Shown one piece after another: positions 50,496 through 63,195 of a stretch of 64,000 nt of DNA (positions are counted from its first letter, which is position 1; the number at the start of each line of letters is the position of its first letter). Source of the DNA: Octopus sinensis (lineage: Eukaryota). Location: positions 106,330,001 through 106,394,000 of the forward strand of contig NC_043001.1 in the NCBI RefSeq assembly GCF_006345805.1. Direction: 5' to 3'. The notes under the pieces were generated by a model that was not told where the DNA came from, made no database searches, and saw only the letters and a program-made list of their open reading frames with translations. Both the position numbers and the translations under genes were made by a program.

Positions 50496-52136
50496 TTTTT
50501 AAAAATGGTCAATCTGCTTTTATATCGGTTCTATCTTGTGTTGCTTTCCGTTAACTTATTTCTCGAAATAAACATTGTGCGGGGCTGGATTCGAACCTAC
50601 GTTGTTTCACTCTTGTGCCATTCAATTGTATTTATTTATTTATTTATTTATTACTAATAGCTGTCATATTGAGTTGGGTTCAACGCTTGACTAAACGATG
50701 GGATAAATCCAATGCTGACATGCATTTAACATTACGGAAATCTGAGTATGTTTCACATTACAGTGTAGCAGTGCAGTCGAACTACTTCGTTCCAGCGTAG
50801 CAATACACTAAACGCTGCGTTCCTCTGACCGTCAGAAGCTAGCGGCGGAAGAATACGATGACTTCCGCCCAGCTCGACTGGCTCCAAAATTCAAGTGAGA
50901 AAAGACGGTTGCTGTCTGGAAACTGGAAGGTTAACACGCGATCATCAACTGTCCACGGTCACACGCAACGACACAATGATGAATTACTCATACCGTCACT
51001 TGGAAGCAACTTATTGCATTTTCTCTTTCACACAACGTAGAGATTGTATACTACTTATTAGTGAGCTAACTCTTTTCTCTCACAGCATCACTCCAGCAGA
51101 TTGTTATTTTTATCATCGCACACATCCTTATACACAATGGAATATCATCATTACCTTTGTTTATTTGTTACACTGTGTTATCCTCTCTTTAAATAATCTG
51201 TGCTATGGTGACCCAAAAAGATGCCTTCTGATCAAATTCTTTTCATTACTTATATACACCATCGCTGAACACATTACATTAATAAGATAAAGATCCCGTT
51301 TCTCTACAATGGTAACCTTTCCTTGTTACAACAGAAATCTGGATTTTAAATAATTCAAAATGGAAGTGAGTCTTATGCTACGCCCGTGGCTTCGTACGTT
51401 TGAGCTTCGTTACAGATTTCTTAGAAGATCCTATATTTAACATAGGGCAGTGACAACGTCCGGAATAAGATACCTGATAACAATTGGAATATAATTTGGA
51501 TATAAAATATTCTACAAATATAGTGTGAAGACAAAGTTAGCATTCTAACTAATATAAATTTAATTTGATAAGAAGAGACAATGTTAGGAAGTAATCGAGA
51601 ACCGTGTTTGAGGAAATGTAATAGGATTCCACTATTCGTCGTGAATACAAATTTATTCAATTTTACGAACGACAAGAATAGCGTTGCAATATATTGTTTC
51701 CAGCGTAAGAGTGCAACGTCTTTCGCCGATTAACGCTCTGAAAGCATGAACTATCTTCTCATAAAGTGCAATTCTTGAAGGTGTGATGCAGATTATATTA
51801 ATTAACGCTATCGTGTTAAGTGGTGTGAATGCATTTGGTAGTTTGATCCTTCGTCGATTCAGTGAGTTGTTACATGCGCATTAATTAGATTCCATACTTC
51901 ATTTAAAAATTTTTCAGACACCAGCAAATGGAAGAGAACTTGCCATATTTTCTGTTATATTAACTTGAGTCTATTAATTCTCTGACATATTAACTCAACT
52001 GCCCAGTCTATATTGCCTAAACCTTTTCACTACCAAATACTATCACTGAGCAGCAAAATTAAATTATTCCAAATCCAGTGAAGATTGTTGCATTCTTCAT
52101 TATCATGCAAATGCTGCCCAGTACTTCGTTCTTCTT

Positions 52137-52190
<54 letters not shown>

Positions 52191-53491
52191 ACTCACATGA
52201 ATGTGTGAATGTGTACATATATATATATATATACATGTATGTATGTATGTATGTATGTATGTATGTACGTACGTATGTATGTATTTATCTGTCTCTGCAT
52301 GTGTGCATGTATGTATTTGTATATATAATGGATGTTATATACGAAGGGTGTGGGAATGTTCGTATGTGCGTGAATGTTTAATTTTAACAATAAATTATGG
52401 AGGAGGTCAAAACGAAAGGAAACGATTTTAATACAAAAAGGAAGCCAACGCCATCACAACCACGATAAAATAATAATGGTGTAAAAAAGTTTCGTTAATT
52501 AAACGTTTACAATATGAATCAATTGCTAAGATGTGATAGCAGTGAATATCAATTTTTCATTAATTCTGCATCATACTTTTATTTTATTTTATTTTTGTTT
52601 CGTTCTTCCTTCTCTCTGGAACTACGTTGCAGTGAAATGATATCTTAAATTAGAGCTATTGGATTTTCGTATTTAGCAGTAATATGGAAATTGAGGTCAA
52701 CACCCATTGCAGAAATGTTCCTTCGTGTCATTTATCATGCAGATATGATTGTAGTTGTGATAACTATCCAGTTATTTTCCTTAAAAATCTGTTTCCAACT
52801 CTAAGTGTTAGCGATTACCAAGGCATTAGCGAAGCGAACCACATGCTATACATACATAATTAGGATGAGCGAATTTTGTGACTGCCAGATTGAATAGATC
52901 TCTCTTTTTTCTTAGCTATATCATTTCTTATGGTATAGTAAAATATGTTGAAGCTACATACACTAAACTTCCCCAATTTGTACCAATAACTATACTGGCA
53001 TGCTGCTCAGAGATAGAAGCTGAACGAATAAATTGCGGTTTCTTAATGGAATATGGTAGTGAATCTCGAAAAACCTTTCTGACCAAATACACTTAATGTA
53101 GTAGCAACTGGCATTAGATTTTTTTCTCTCGTTAGCACATTTCATCCGTGTTTTATGCAACCTTAAGGTCAGTATTCTTTCTTAATTAATATTCACCAAA
53201 GTTCAAAGTGTTATTTTGAAGAGGATAGTTGTTAAATTCTTATGCATACTTAACCCGTTATATTGTTGTAATAAATATCTAATGGAACATTTTACATGTA
53301 TATTGCTTTGTGGCATATTGACATCATTGTTCATTTGTATCACACGCTCATTACTAACGTAATTATCGTGTACAACTAATTATATTAATTCTTCATGAAG
53401 AAATATTGTTTGTATCATATCTTTTGTTCAAAGTCAATAGACACATTTTTCGTTTGTTCAAGCTAAAATTGGGTTAATATATAAGAATCGT

Positions 53492-53700
53492 AAGGCGGGG
53501 AACTGTCAGAATCGTTAGCACACCCGGCAAAATACTTAGCGGCATTTTCTCTTTACGTTCTGGGTTCAAATGCCGACGGGTTCGAGCTTGCTTTCATCAT
53601 TTCGGGGTCGATAATTTAAGTACTAGCTGAATATTGTTGTCGATTTAATCGACTTATGCCCTTGCCCAAACGTACTGGCCTTGAAATTTGGAAACCATTA
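53492..53700 (+). mobile_element. SINE-A with tail type 2, degenerate
   Basis: aaggcggggaactgtcagaatcgttagcac..ttcggggtcgataa..ggccttgaaatttggaaaccattatt. Confidence 0.8.
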
Positions 53701-53965
53701 TTGATCTTCTTCTTCTACTTCTTCTTCTTCTCATTCTCCTTCACATTTGATGGGTTTCAGACAAATTTCTAATGCACCATCTGTTGTATTACCATTTTGC
53801 TGGGATGTGTGAAGCATTCTGTGTTCTGCTTTCTAGGATTGAGGAGTGAAAACCTTTCCTGGTGTCGTATTGCGTCAGTTTGTTTTGTTACGGCGCCTTG
53901 TGACAATCTTTTGTTATATTAGTTTCTGTATTGTGTGCTGTGCGTATAATGCGAGCTGTGTTCAT

Positions 53966-53966
<1 letters not shown>

Positions 53967-54018
<52 letters not shown>

Positions 54019-54362
54019 TTCTCCTTCTTTCTTCAAATTTTCTTCCGTTTCTCGCCGAGTGTTTTCAATACACCTAGGGCAGAGAAGCTCATTGTGAGCA
54101 TTCCCAGATTACACACGCAAATTCACAGGTAAAATATGTATTTAAAAAATTAATGAATAAATAAATTCATGAATGGATATTGTTTCCACAGCGATAATGC
54201 TCTTCTCAGTACATGAGCCGTTTCAGTTAATACGATTTTTTGCACTTCCTGTAGGGATGGTATAATTTTCAAATAGGTTTCAGTGCCTTTTTTTTTTGTC
54301 AATCCTAGAGATCCTACAATCACTGGTACTGTAGTCGCCTTGAGATGCCACATTTTTTCAAT
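53967..54362 (-). mobile_element. R4/Dong-type LINE 3' end with (TAA)n tail (element 1)
   Basis: IEKMWHLKATTVPVIVGSLG..SLQEVQKIVLTETAHVLRRALS, then a UTR and (AAT)n at 53967-54018. Confidence 0.85.
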
Positions 54363-54748
54363 GATGATGATGATTATTATTATTGTTATTATTATCATTA
54401 TAGATGTCGCAGTGTGCAATATCGTGAGGTCGTTGATTGAAGATATTGTGTCTACCGGGGGTTTGTACTGTCTAAGCCTCAGACAGACAGTACTTTACGC
54501 AATAAGCGTGCAGTTCCAAGTAATGCCGATTTTCGCAATATGCCTAGATTGCAGTGTATTTCTAAAGTTTTCTGTTGTTTTTCCTTTTTTATGTTATTAT
54601 TTAGATTGGGTGGTAGTCAACTCAATGATCCGATGTTTGACTCTCGTGGCTACCACTTCTCAGTGACCTCAATTCACTATATTTATCAATCTTTTCTCTC
54701 TTCTTCCATGAAAATATGTTGAACACCTAACACTGCCACGTCTATTAT
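54363..54748 (-). mobile_element. R4/Dong-type LINE 3' end with (TAA/CAT)n tail (element 2)
   Basis: IIDVAVLG..IDKYSELR..LRKSALLGTARLLRKVLSV* (stop at 54479-54481); tail 54363-54401. Confidence 0.85.
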
Positions 54749-54796
54749 TATTATTATTATTTTTATTATTATTATCATTATTATTATTATTATTAC

Positions 54797-54850
<54 letters not shown>

Positions 54851-54893
54851 CATCATTTTTATTATATCTGAAACCATTAGTATTATTATCATT

Positions 54894-55290
54894 AAGGTGG
54901 CGAGCTGGCAGAATCGTTAGCACGCCGGGCGAAATGCTTAGCGGTATTTCGTCTGCATTACGTTGTGAGTTCGAATTCCGCCGAGGTCGACTTTGCCTTT
55001 CATCCTTTCGGGGTCGATAAATTAAGTGCCAGTTACGCACTGGGGTCGATATAATCGACTTAATCCGTTTATCTTCCCTTTTTTGTCCCCTCTCTATGTA
55101 GCCCCTTGTGGGCAGTAAACAAATAGGTATTTCGCCCGTCGCTACGATCCGAGTTCAAATTCCGCCGAGGTCGACCTTTCCTTCCATCCTTTCGGGAATT
55201 GATAAAATAAGTACCAGTCGAGTACTGTGGTCGGTGTAATCGATTTGTCCCCTCTCCCAGATTTTCAGGCTTTGTGCTTTAGTAGAAAGG
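54894..55290 (+). mobile_element. SINE-A mixed dimer (tail 1, then tail 2)
   Basis: Junction GGTATT at 55126-55131. The second tail ends GTAGAAAGGATTATCATTATT. Confidence 0.88.
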
Positions 55291-55309
55291 ATTATCATTA
55301 TTATTATTA

Positions 55310-55503
55310 AAAGGTGGTGAGCTGGCAGAATCGTTCGTACGCTGGGCGAAATGCTTAGTGTTCTGTATTCAATTTCCGCCCAAGTCAACATTGCTTTTCA
55401 TCCTTTTGGGGTCGATAAATTAAGTACCAGTGAAACACCTAGGTCAATGTATTCGACTTATCCCCTCCCCCAAAATTTCTGCCTTTGTGGCAAAATTTGA
55501 AAC

Positions 55504-55505
<2 letters not shown>
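55310..55505 (+). mobile_element. SINE-A with tail type 2 followed by (ATT)n; a further head fragment at about 55568-55590
   Basis: aaggtggtgagctggcagaatcg..cccctcccccaaaattt..gaaactattatt. Confidence 0.82.
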
Positions 55506-55557
<52 letters not shown>

Positions 55558-56329
55558 TTTTATTATCAAAGGTGGCGAGCTGGCAGAAAACGCCACGCAT
55601 CCTTCCCCAAGTAAGTTTTATCTTAATGCGACTCTTCTATTATCCTTTTTTCTCTCTTTTCCTCCTATTCTATCCGTCTACTCTTTCGTTTCTCTCTTCC
55701 TTTCTTTTGCCTCCCCTTCTCCCTCACTCTCTCTCTTTTCTCTCTTATCCTGTCTCCAAATCTTTTCCTCTCTCCTTCACAGGTCTCTGTCTGTCACTCT
55801 CTCTCCCTCACTCTTCCTCCTTTGCTTACGTGGTCCCCATGTGACCACCGGCTATCCTCCTAGCGTGTGTTTCTTTCTTTCTTCCTGCTTCAGTTCGACA
55901 GGGAAGCCGCATTGTTCTCTGTCTCCTGTCCAGACTTGTTTCTTCGCGTTCGCCACCACAACATCGTTTAGGCTTAGCAGCCATTTCTGTTTGTTTTCAC
56001 TGTCCTGTTTGTGTTACCAATTTTGACCCTCCGCAAAATCCCAGAGTTTTATTTATTTTGCTTTGCGGGAGCAACTGTTTTCTCGAAGACGTATCTTGTC
56101 GTTAATTGCTCGAAATACGGGTTAGAAAAACAGCCAACAACAGATGAAGGGTCGTTCCTTGTGTTGCTTGTCTTGTTTTCCATTTGTTTCTTTCGTTGCT
56201 TGGAACAAAAGTCCTTCTTCCATGTCTTCGTATTTCATAGTATTTGTTATTTATGTTTTGTGACACCAAATGCAATTGATGTAGGTTCTCTTAGATCGGT
56301 AAGAATGTTGTTATTAATGTTTCTCATGG

Positions 56330-56900
56330 ACCTTAGTAATTCAAATATTGTTCGTAAGATATGAGCCAGGAGTGCATATGAGACGGCAGATGATCTTGGG
56401 GGAAGGTCTTGGAGTCTGAATGGGAATAACAACGAAGATGGGTGAGGAATAATTTGGTGGATAGCGTTAGCACAAGTTCAGTCAGCTCCAACGAGCAAAG
56501 GGCATGATGGAACTGGTAAGACGTCAGTGAGAAAAGACAGCATGCTTGTAAACCAGAAGCTACCACATCTCTGTCAGTTGGGTGCTGCGTCCAGGATGCA
56601 GGTTAAGATGTCTGTCTATGCAGTATGGTGCGATCTCAGATGTGGAACTCATACACCCAACACTTAGAGAGGAGTTGATACCCTGACTTATATATTCTTT
56701 GTCAAACTCACAGTGCTGGGAGATCTCACATGAAGCTGCTTATCAATAACTCTGCTGATGTCGCTGACAACAGCATTAACTTCATTAAATTCCTACAAGA
56801 CAAGAACTCAGTGTTGACATAGGAGAGTAAGTCACCAGTTGCTCTGGTAGCAATGGGGATTCAGGAGTGAGACTGATGCCGCTAATGTGCTTTTAACTTG
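56330..56900 (-). mobile_element. CR1-type LINE, internally deleted and decayed
   Basis: RATGDLLSYV..EFNEVNAVVSDISRVID (cf. RSTGDLL..ALDISKAFD) and CLF..YQFHHALCSLEL (cf. LFYRYYHGxCSxEL). Confidence 0.55.
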
Positions 56901-57795
56901 ATGAGGATACAAGAAATACAATCTTGCATAATCTCCCTGCCACTTACTATTTCGCTGTCACCTGTAATCTTGATAATGAGCTTTGAAAAGTAGATTTCTT
57001 AAACTCAGGATGCCACGTCTTAATCCATTTACACAGCTACGCGAAACCGCACACTTTATATTCCAAATGTCCAACCCATCATGATAATTACAAGCCACGT
57101 GATTTAAGTGCAGCAGACACCATCCAACAAAAAACCAAAATAGTCATCACCATTTCGCAGTTTTTAATAAAATATTCACTGATATTGCAAAGGTATTTAC
57201 TGCTTGATTATACTATTTCTTTTAGTTTTACATGGAATTGTAATTTTTAATTCTTGCTTTTTATTTCAGCAACTTTCACGCTATTATTTTTTTCGTTAAC
57301 CTGCACAATCGGTCAAATGCAGTCACCTTTCGTTCAGACATTTTCTTCGATTTCTTGCTGTCCGAATTAAAATGACTATTTTGGAAATTTTGCAGACACA
57401 TTTATTTCTATCCCATTTTGGTTTTTATTTTGCAACTTTTTTTTTTAATTACTTCAACGATTAGTTAAATATCCCTGCTTCTCCAGCTATAACAGGTAAC
57501 GTTTGCAATCATTACCTGACATGTTTTCTATGGCTTTCGTCAATTCTTTCGTATCTTTTCAATTATTTTGTTACATTTTGATTTCTTTGTTTATATAATG
57601 CTTCACCATCATCATCGTCTTCATCATCATTTTCGACATGCAATTCATTATTATGTCCAGCATCGTCTTCGTCGTTGTCATCAATGTATTATAAGTAATA
57701 GATTAGCTATATCTCTTCATACAAAAATTTCTAAATCTTCGAGGTGGATTGTTTCAATTGGATCGATAAAGTATTTAATGTTATTAGTATTCAAC

Positions 57796-58015
57796 AAGGC
57801 GGCGAGCTGGCAGAAAGGTTAGCACGCCGGGCGAAATGCGTAGCTGTATTTCGTCTGCCGCTACGTTCTGAGTTCAAATTCCGCCGAGGTCGACTTTGCC
57901 TTTCATCCTTTCGGCGTCGATAAATTAAGTACCAGTTACGCACTGGGGTCGATATGATCGACTTAATCCATTTGTCTATCCTTGTTTGTCCCCTTGTGGG
58001 TAGTAAAGAAATAGG
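57796..58015 (+). mobile_element. SINE-A (tail 1, short internal deletion); 14-bp TSD
   Basis: TATTAGTATTCAAC at 57782-57795 and 58016-58029. Confidence 0.92.
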
Positions 58016-58270
58016 TATTAGTATTCAACTGACAGTTTTACCCTCCCACCTAATATAAGAAATACTATAACTAATTAAAAAATATAAATATTATCACAAC
58101 TTATAAACAATATCATTCGATATTTGATAAAACTTAAATTTCTTACAAATTGGAGATGTCCATGCGTAGATTAGATCCCCTAGTCTTCATTTAGACATCT
58201 CTCTGGAGGAAAATTCCGAAATAGCTCCCGCCTTTCTGTAAATCCGGAAGAGTTACAATTGTTTGTTTTT

Positions 58271-60089
58271 GGATTAATTGGCGTTGTAGGTGAGGTCTTT
58301 GGGATTAATTGGCTTTGTAAGTGAGGTCTTTGGGATTAATTGGCTTTGTAGGTCAGATCTTTGGGATTAATTGGCTTTGTAGGTGAGGTCTTTGGGATTA
58401 ATTGGCTTTGTAGGTGAGGTCTTTGGGATTAATTGGTGTTGTAGGTCAGATCTTTGGGATTAATTGGCTTTGTAGGTGAGGTCTTTGGGATTAATTGGCG
58501 TTGTAGGTCAGATCTTTGGGATTAATTGGCTTTGTAGGTGAGGTCTTTGGGATTAATTGGCTTTGTAGGTGAGGTCTTTGGGATTAATTGGCTTTGTAGG
58601 TGAGGTCTTTGGGATTAATTGGCGTTGTAGGTCAGATCTTTGGGATTAATTGGCGTTGTAGGTCAGATCTTTGGGATTAATTGGCTTTGTAGGTGAGGTC
58701 TTTGGGATTAATTGGCTTTGTAGGTGAGGTCTTTGGGATTAATTGGTGTTGTAGGTCAGATCTTTGGGATTAATTGGCGTTGTAGGTCAGATCTTTGGGA
58801 TTAATTGGCTTTGTAGGTGAGGTCTTTGGGATTAATTGGCTTTGTAGGTGAGGTCTTTGGGATTAATTGGCTTTGTAGGTCAGATCTTTGGGATTAATTG
58901 GCTTTGTAGGTGAGGTCTTTGGGATTAATTGGCTTTGTAGGTGAGGTCTTTGGGATTAATTGGTGTTGTAGGTCAGATCTTTGGGATTAATTGGCTTTGT
59001 AGGTGAGGTCTTTGGGATTAATTGGCTTTGTAGGTGAGGTCTTTGGGATTAATTGGTGTTGTAGGTCAGATCTTTGGGATTAATTGGCTTTGTAGGTGAG
59101 GTCTTTGGGATTAATTGGCGTTGTAGGTCAGATCTTTGGGATTAATTGGCGTTGTAGGTCAGATCTTTGGGATTAATTGGCGTTGTAGGTCAGATCTTTG
59201 GGATTAATTGGCTTTGTAGGTGAGGTCTTGGGAATTAATTGGCTTTGTAGGTGAGATCTTTGGGATTAATTGGCGTTGTAGGTCAGATCTTTGGGATTAA
59301 TTGGCGTTGTAGGTCAGATCTTTGGGATTAATTGGCGTTGTAGGTCAGATCTTTGGGATTAATTGGCTTTGTAGGTGAGGTATTTGGGATTAATTGGCTT
59401 TGTAGGTGAGGTCTTGGGAATTAATTGGCTTTGTAGGTGAGATCTTTGGGATTAATTGGCGTTGTAGGTCAGATCTTTGGGATTAATTGGCTTTGTAGGT
59501 GAGGTATTTGGGATTAATTGGCTTTGTAGGTGAGGTCTTGGGGATTAATTGGCTTTGTAGGTGAGATCTTTGGGATTAATTGGCGTTCTAGGTCAGATCT
59601 TTGGGATTAATTGGCTTTGTAGGTGAGGTCTTGGGGATTAATTGGCTTTGTAGGTGAGATCTTTGGGATTAATTGGCGTTGTAGGTCAGATCTTTGGGAT
59701 TAATTGGCTTTGTAGGTGAGGTCTTGGGGACTAATTGGCTTTGTAAGTGAGGTCTTTAGGATTAATTGGCTTTGTAGGTCAGATCTTTGGGATTAATTGG
59801 CTTTGTAGGTGAGGTCTTGGGGATTAATTGGCTTTGTAGGTGAGGTCTTTGGGATTAATTGGCGTTGTAGGTCAGATCTTTGGGATTAATTGGCGTTGTA
59901 GGTCAGATCTTTGGGATTAATTGGCGTTGTAGGTCAGATCTTTGGGATTAATTGGCTTTGTAGGTGAGGTCTTTGGGATTAATTGGCTTTGTAGGTGAGG
60001 TCTTTGGGATTAATTGGCTTTGTAGGTCAGATCTTTGGGATTAATTGGCTTTGTAGGTGAGGTCTTTGGGATTAATTGGCGTTGTAGGT
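58271..60089. repeat. 31-bp tandem array: 58 full units plus a 21-bp partial unit
   Basis: Unit GGATTAATTGG(C/T)(T/G)TTGTAGGT(GAGG/CAGA)TCTTTG. 58271 + 58x31 = 60069 is exactly where the last partial unit starts, so there is no net indel. Confidence 0.97.
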
Positions 60090-60424
60090 AAGATTTTAGT
60101 GGTGTATTGCGAGCTATTATTGCCTCTAAATTTTAGTGCAGGCAGTGCTGACAGCCATTGCCTTTGACATCTGGGGTAAGATAATCTGCCATTGATGGTC
60201 ATACTCGTATACAATCTGACAGCAACCATGTGTCTGTGTGTGTGTGTATGCATAGAAATGTATCCGAATAACATTACCGTGGCAACATAGATTGTTTTAT
60301 TTTCTCTAAGCTAGAAAGGTATGTCAATGGAGGGTTTAAATCTAAAAGCGGTTGCAAGGCACAAGTTGCAGACATCTAGGTGGTTAAAAAGTGTCGGTAG
60401 AAAGGCACCTAACGTATATGTATA

Positions 60425-60582
60425 TACGGCGGGCTTTCAGTTTCTGCCGACCATCCATTGATAAGACTTTGGCCGGCCCGAGGCTATAGCAGAAGACACT
60501 TGCCCAAGATGACAGACAATGAGACTGAACGCGGAACCATGTGGCTGGTTATCAAGCTACTTACCACACAGCCACTCCTGCA
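60425..60582 (-). mobile_element. SINE-B 5' half
   Basis: Reverse complement gives GCAGGAGTGGCTGTGTGGTAAGTAGC..GGTTCAGTCTC..CTTGGGCAAGTGTCTT. Confidence 0.85.
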
Positions 60583-60788
60583 TTTCTATATATTTATACT
60601 TTGTATATAATGTACAAGTCGCATTGGCTTGTTTTCAAAGAACGTACTCCTTCGGACCCAAATCTCTAATGGAATCGTAAGGGCGCCGCTGTGACGCCAG
60701 CTAAACCATTCCTCACCGGATCTTAACACCTAACGTTACATGACATTGCCTTTGTCTACAAATGTAGTTGGAAATCATAATCTCACAA

Positions 60789-61120
60789 CAGGCGCAGACG
60801 TGGCTGTGTGTTAAGAAGCTTGCTTCCCAACCATAGAGTTCCGGGTTCCGATCTACTAAGTAGAAACTTGGACGAGTGTCCTTTACTATAGTCTCGGACG
60901 GCCAAAGCCAACAAAAACTGAAAGAAGCCCCCAGTGTGTGTGTATCTGTGTCATGTGTTTGTCCCACACTACTGCTTGACAACCGGTGCAGGTATGTTTA
61001 CGTCCCCGTAACTTAGCAGTTCGGCAAAAGAAAACAATTAAATTTCTGGGAGTGATTTGTTCGCCTAGATCCCTTTAAGCCGTTGCCCCTGCATGGCCGC
61101 AGTCAAATGAATGAAAAATA
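60789..61120 (+). mobile_element. SINE-B, degenerate full length
   Basis: caggcgcagacgtggctgtgtg..aactgaaagaagccc..gcttgacaaccgg..catggccgcagtcaaatga. Confidence 0.8.
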
Positions 61121-62404
61121 AACGAGAAAAGATAATTTCAAATTTCATGATGGACACATTGCTTAATTACCATTAATTATTTTTTGGTGATGTTGTTAAT
61201 AACTAAGTTATTGTGCTACCAAATTCTGTTTGTGAATAACTTCAGGACACATCGTACTATCTGATATTATTACAGAAAACACAAAATGCAGGGGAAATTC
61301 CTTATCCGTTTTAAGATATTGTGGATATACATCTCTCACTATGTTTAGTAGTTATTGTATTTTCTATACGGCAAATGATGTTACTACATACGTCGCCTTA
61401 TTCAGGCTGAATTTGTTTATCTTGACCGAAGTTTGTTGTTCTTTATTAGGATGTTTGCATAAGAGTTGGCCATGGAAGGGCATGTTCTTATTGACGTAGA
61501 CTATGTTCGTATTATTTGCAATCGCTTCATCCGTTTTTGCTGTTACCTTGAGCAAAGGGTTTAGTTATCCGGAATCCAATCTAATTAATCCAGTGATAAT
61601 CGATTCTGTTTGATGACACCCAACAAAGATATGTATTGAGTAACATTGATAATTGCATTCTTAAACTTCTTCCTCGCGCAATAGGCCCCTAGCATCTTCC
61701 CATCATATCAAACGTAGTTGTTTGAATTGAACGTTCCTGTTAAAAATGTGTTATTTTTAGATTTCAAGTGTTACCATATATCTCAAATGTAGCCTAGAAT
61801 TGTTATGTATCTGTCAAATACTAAATTATGAAAGGTTATTAGCAACATTTCAAATATACCGATCTGAGTTCCATTTTTTCGTATTTAGATTAATTTAAGC
61901 ATTTTGATTTTTTCCTTCGTCTTTGTACTGCTTTCACGCATATTCTATTTTCATCTATATTTAATTTTCTATATAGAGGGAAAATTATTTGGTTCCTATA
62001 GTAGCCACCTTGCATATTGTTGCGCATATTTTCAAGAACAATCAAAATATATACAACTCAACTATTACAGTTGATCAAATTTATTGTCACCTACAAAATA
62101 CGTTAAGTTTAACACTGTCCTCATAACAACTCATTTTCCTTGTGTATCTTCACGGCGAAATATGTTGCCATGGTGCCGTGTATATGCAGTGTTTCTTTAG
62201 TTTGTGTTTGTTTGTTTCTGTTCCATTAGCGTACACTGTGCTTTAATGGTGTGTTCTACGGAACTGAAAAACCACATTGTGCTGTCCACGGACAATGAAT
62301 TGAAGGCTTTCTTCAAGATCGAGTTGCAGCCATTTCATATGAATGAGCTAATATATGTATGTATGTGTGTGGTGTTTGTGTGTGTGTTTGTGTGTGTGTG
62401 AGTA

Positions 62405-62444
<40 letters not shown>

Positions 62445-62589
62445 TATATAAATGTATCAGTCTATGTATATGTATTACTGACATTATTCAGTTTTATTTC
62501 AAGCTTTCTTGCCAACAGAGAAAGAGCCGGTTTCTAATCCAGATCCAAGACTCCTTCATTGAAATTTCAACATCAACAGTTCGGTGGTT

Positions 62590-62915
62590 GGTATAGCTTT
62601 TAATTCCAAAGTTGGAAGCTAGAGCATCCACGATCTTCCATATCTATATTACTACATATCTTTCTCGCCTTCTCTCCAAGGGGAGAGCTTCAGCTTTTGT
62701 AGCCTCTCCCAGTAACTCATCTGTTTCAACGAGTCAATCTACTTTATGTAGTGGCGCTGGATTGCCCCAAGTTTTGCCACTTATAACAACCACAGCTGGG
62801 AGCAGTAATATAGCTGACTTAGGATGAAGGTCCAACATAGGAGTGGTAAGGTGTCCTTGTTTCTGGTCCTGAATGACCTAAAGATCAATCCAGCTACTTG
62901 CTGTGCTCTCTTAAC
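62590..62915 (-). mobile_element. CR1-clade LINE post-RT fragment
   Basis: AGLIFRSFRTRN..QLYYCSQLW..AIQRHY..MSYWERLQKLKLS, then frameshifted RRERY..IWKI. Confidence 0.8.
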
Positions 62916-63019
62916 TAATGATACTTTATCATTTAAATATGTATACTCCGTTCTGCGTGCGTATTTATGTATATATGTATATTGGTTTCAGATTTGGGTA
63001 CATGGCCAGTAATTTCTAA

Positions 63020-63195
63020 GGGAGGGTTAGTCGATGGCGTCGACCCTAATGCTCAAATAGTGCTTGTTTTATCGACCCCGAGAAGGGCAAATGTAAAGTA
63101 CTCTTCGACAGAATTTGAACTCAGAATGTAAGGTCGGACGAATTGGAGCTTAACACTTTGTTCGACATGCTAACGATATTCCTAGCTCTCTACCT
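63020..63195 (-). mobile_element. Degenerate SINE-A-related copy
   Basis: ttttatcgacccc..agaatttgaactcagaatg..gctaacgatatt. Confidence 0.6.

Noticed and set aside
50760-51300. Possible solo LTR (also 55850-56250)
   Set aside because: No second LTR, TSD, primer-binding site or polypurine tract could be established.
58271-60089. CRISPR array
   Set aside because: Units are contiguous with no unique spacers, no cas genes are present, and the context is eukaryotic.
61364-61555. 63-aa ORF
   Set aside because: No motif, and the nearest good acceptor upstream leads to stops in all frames.
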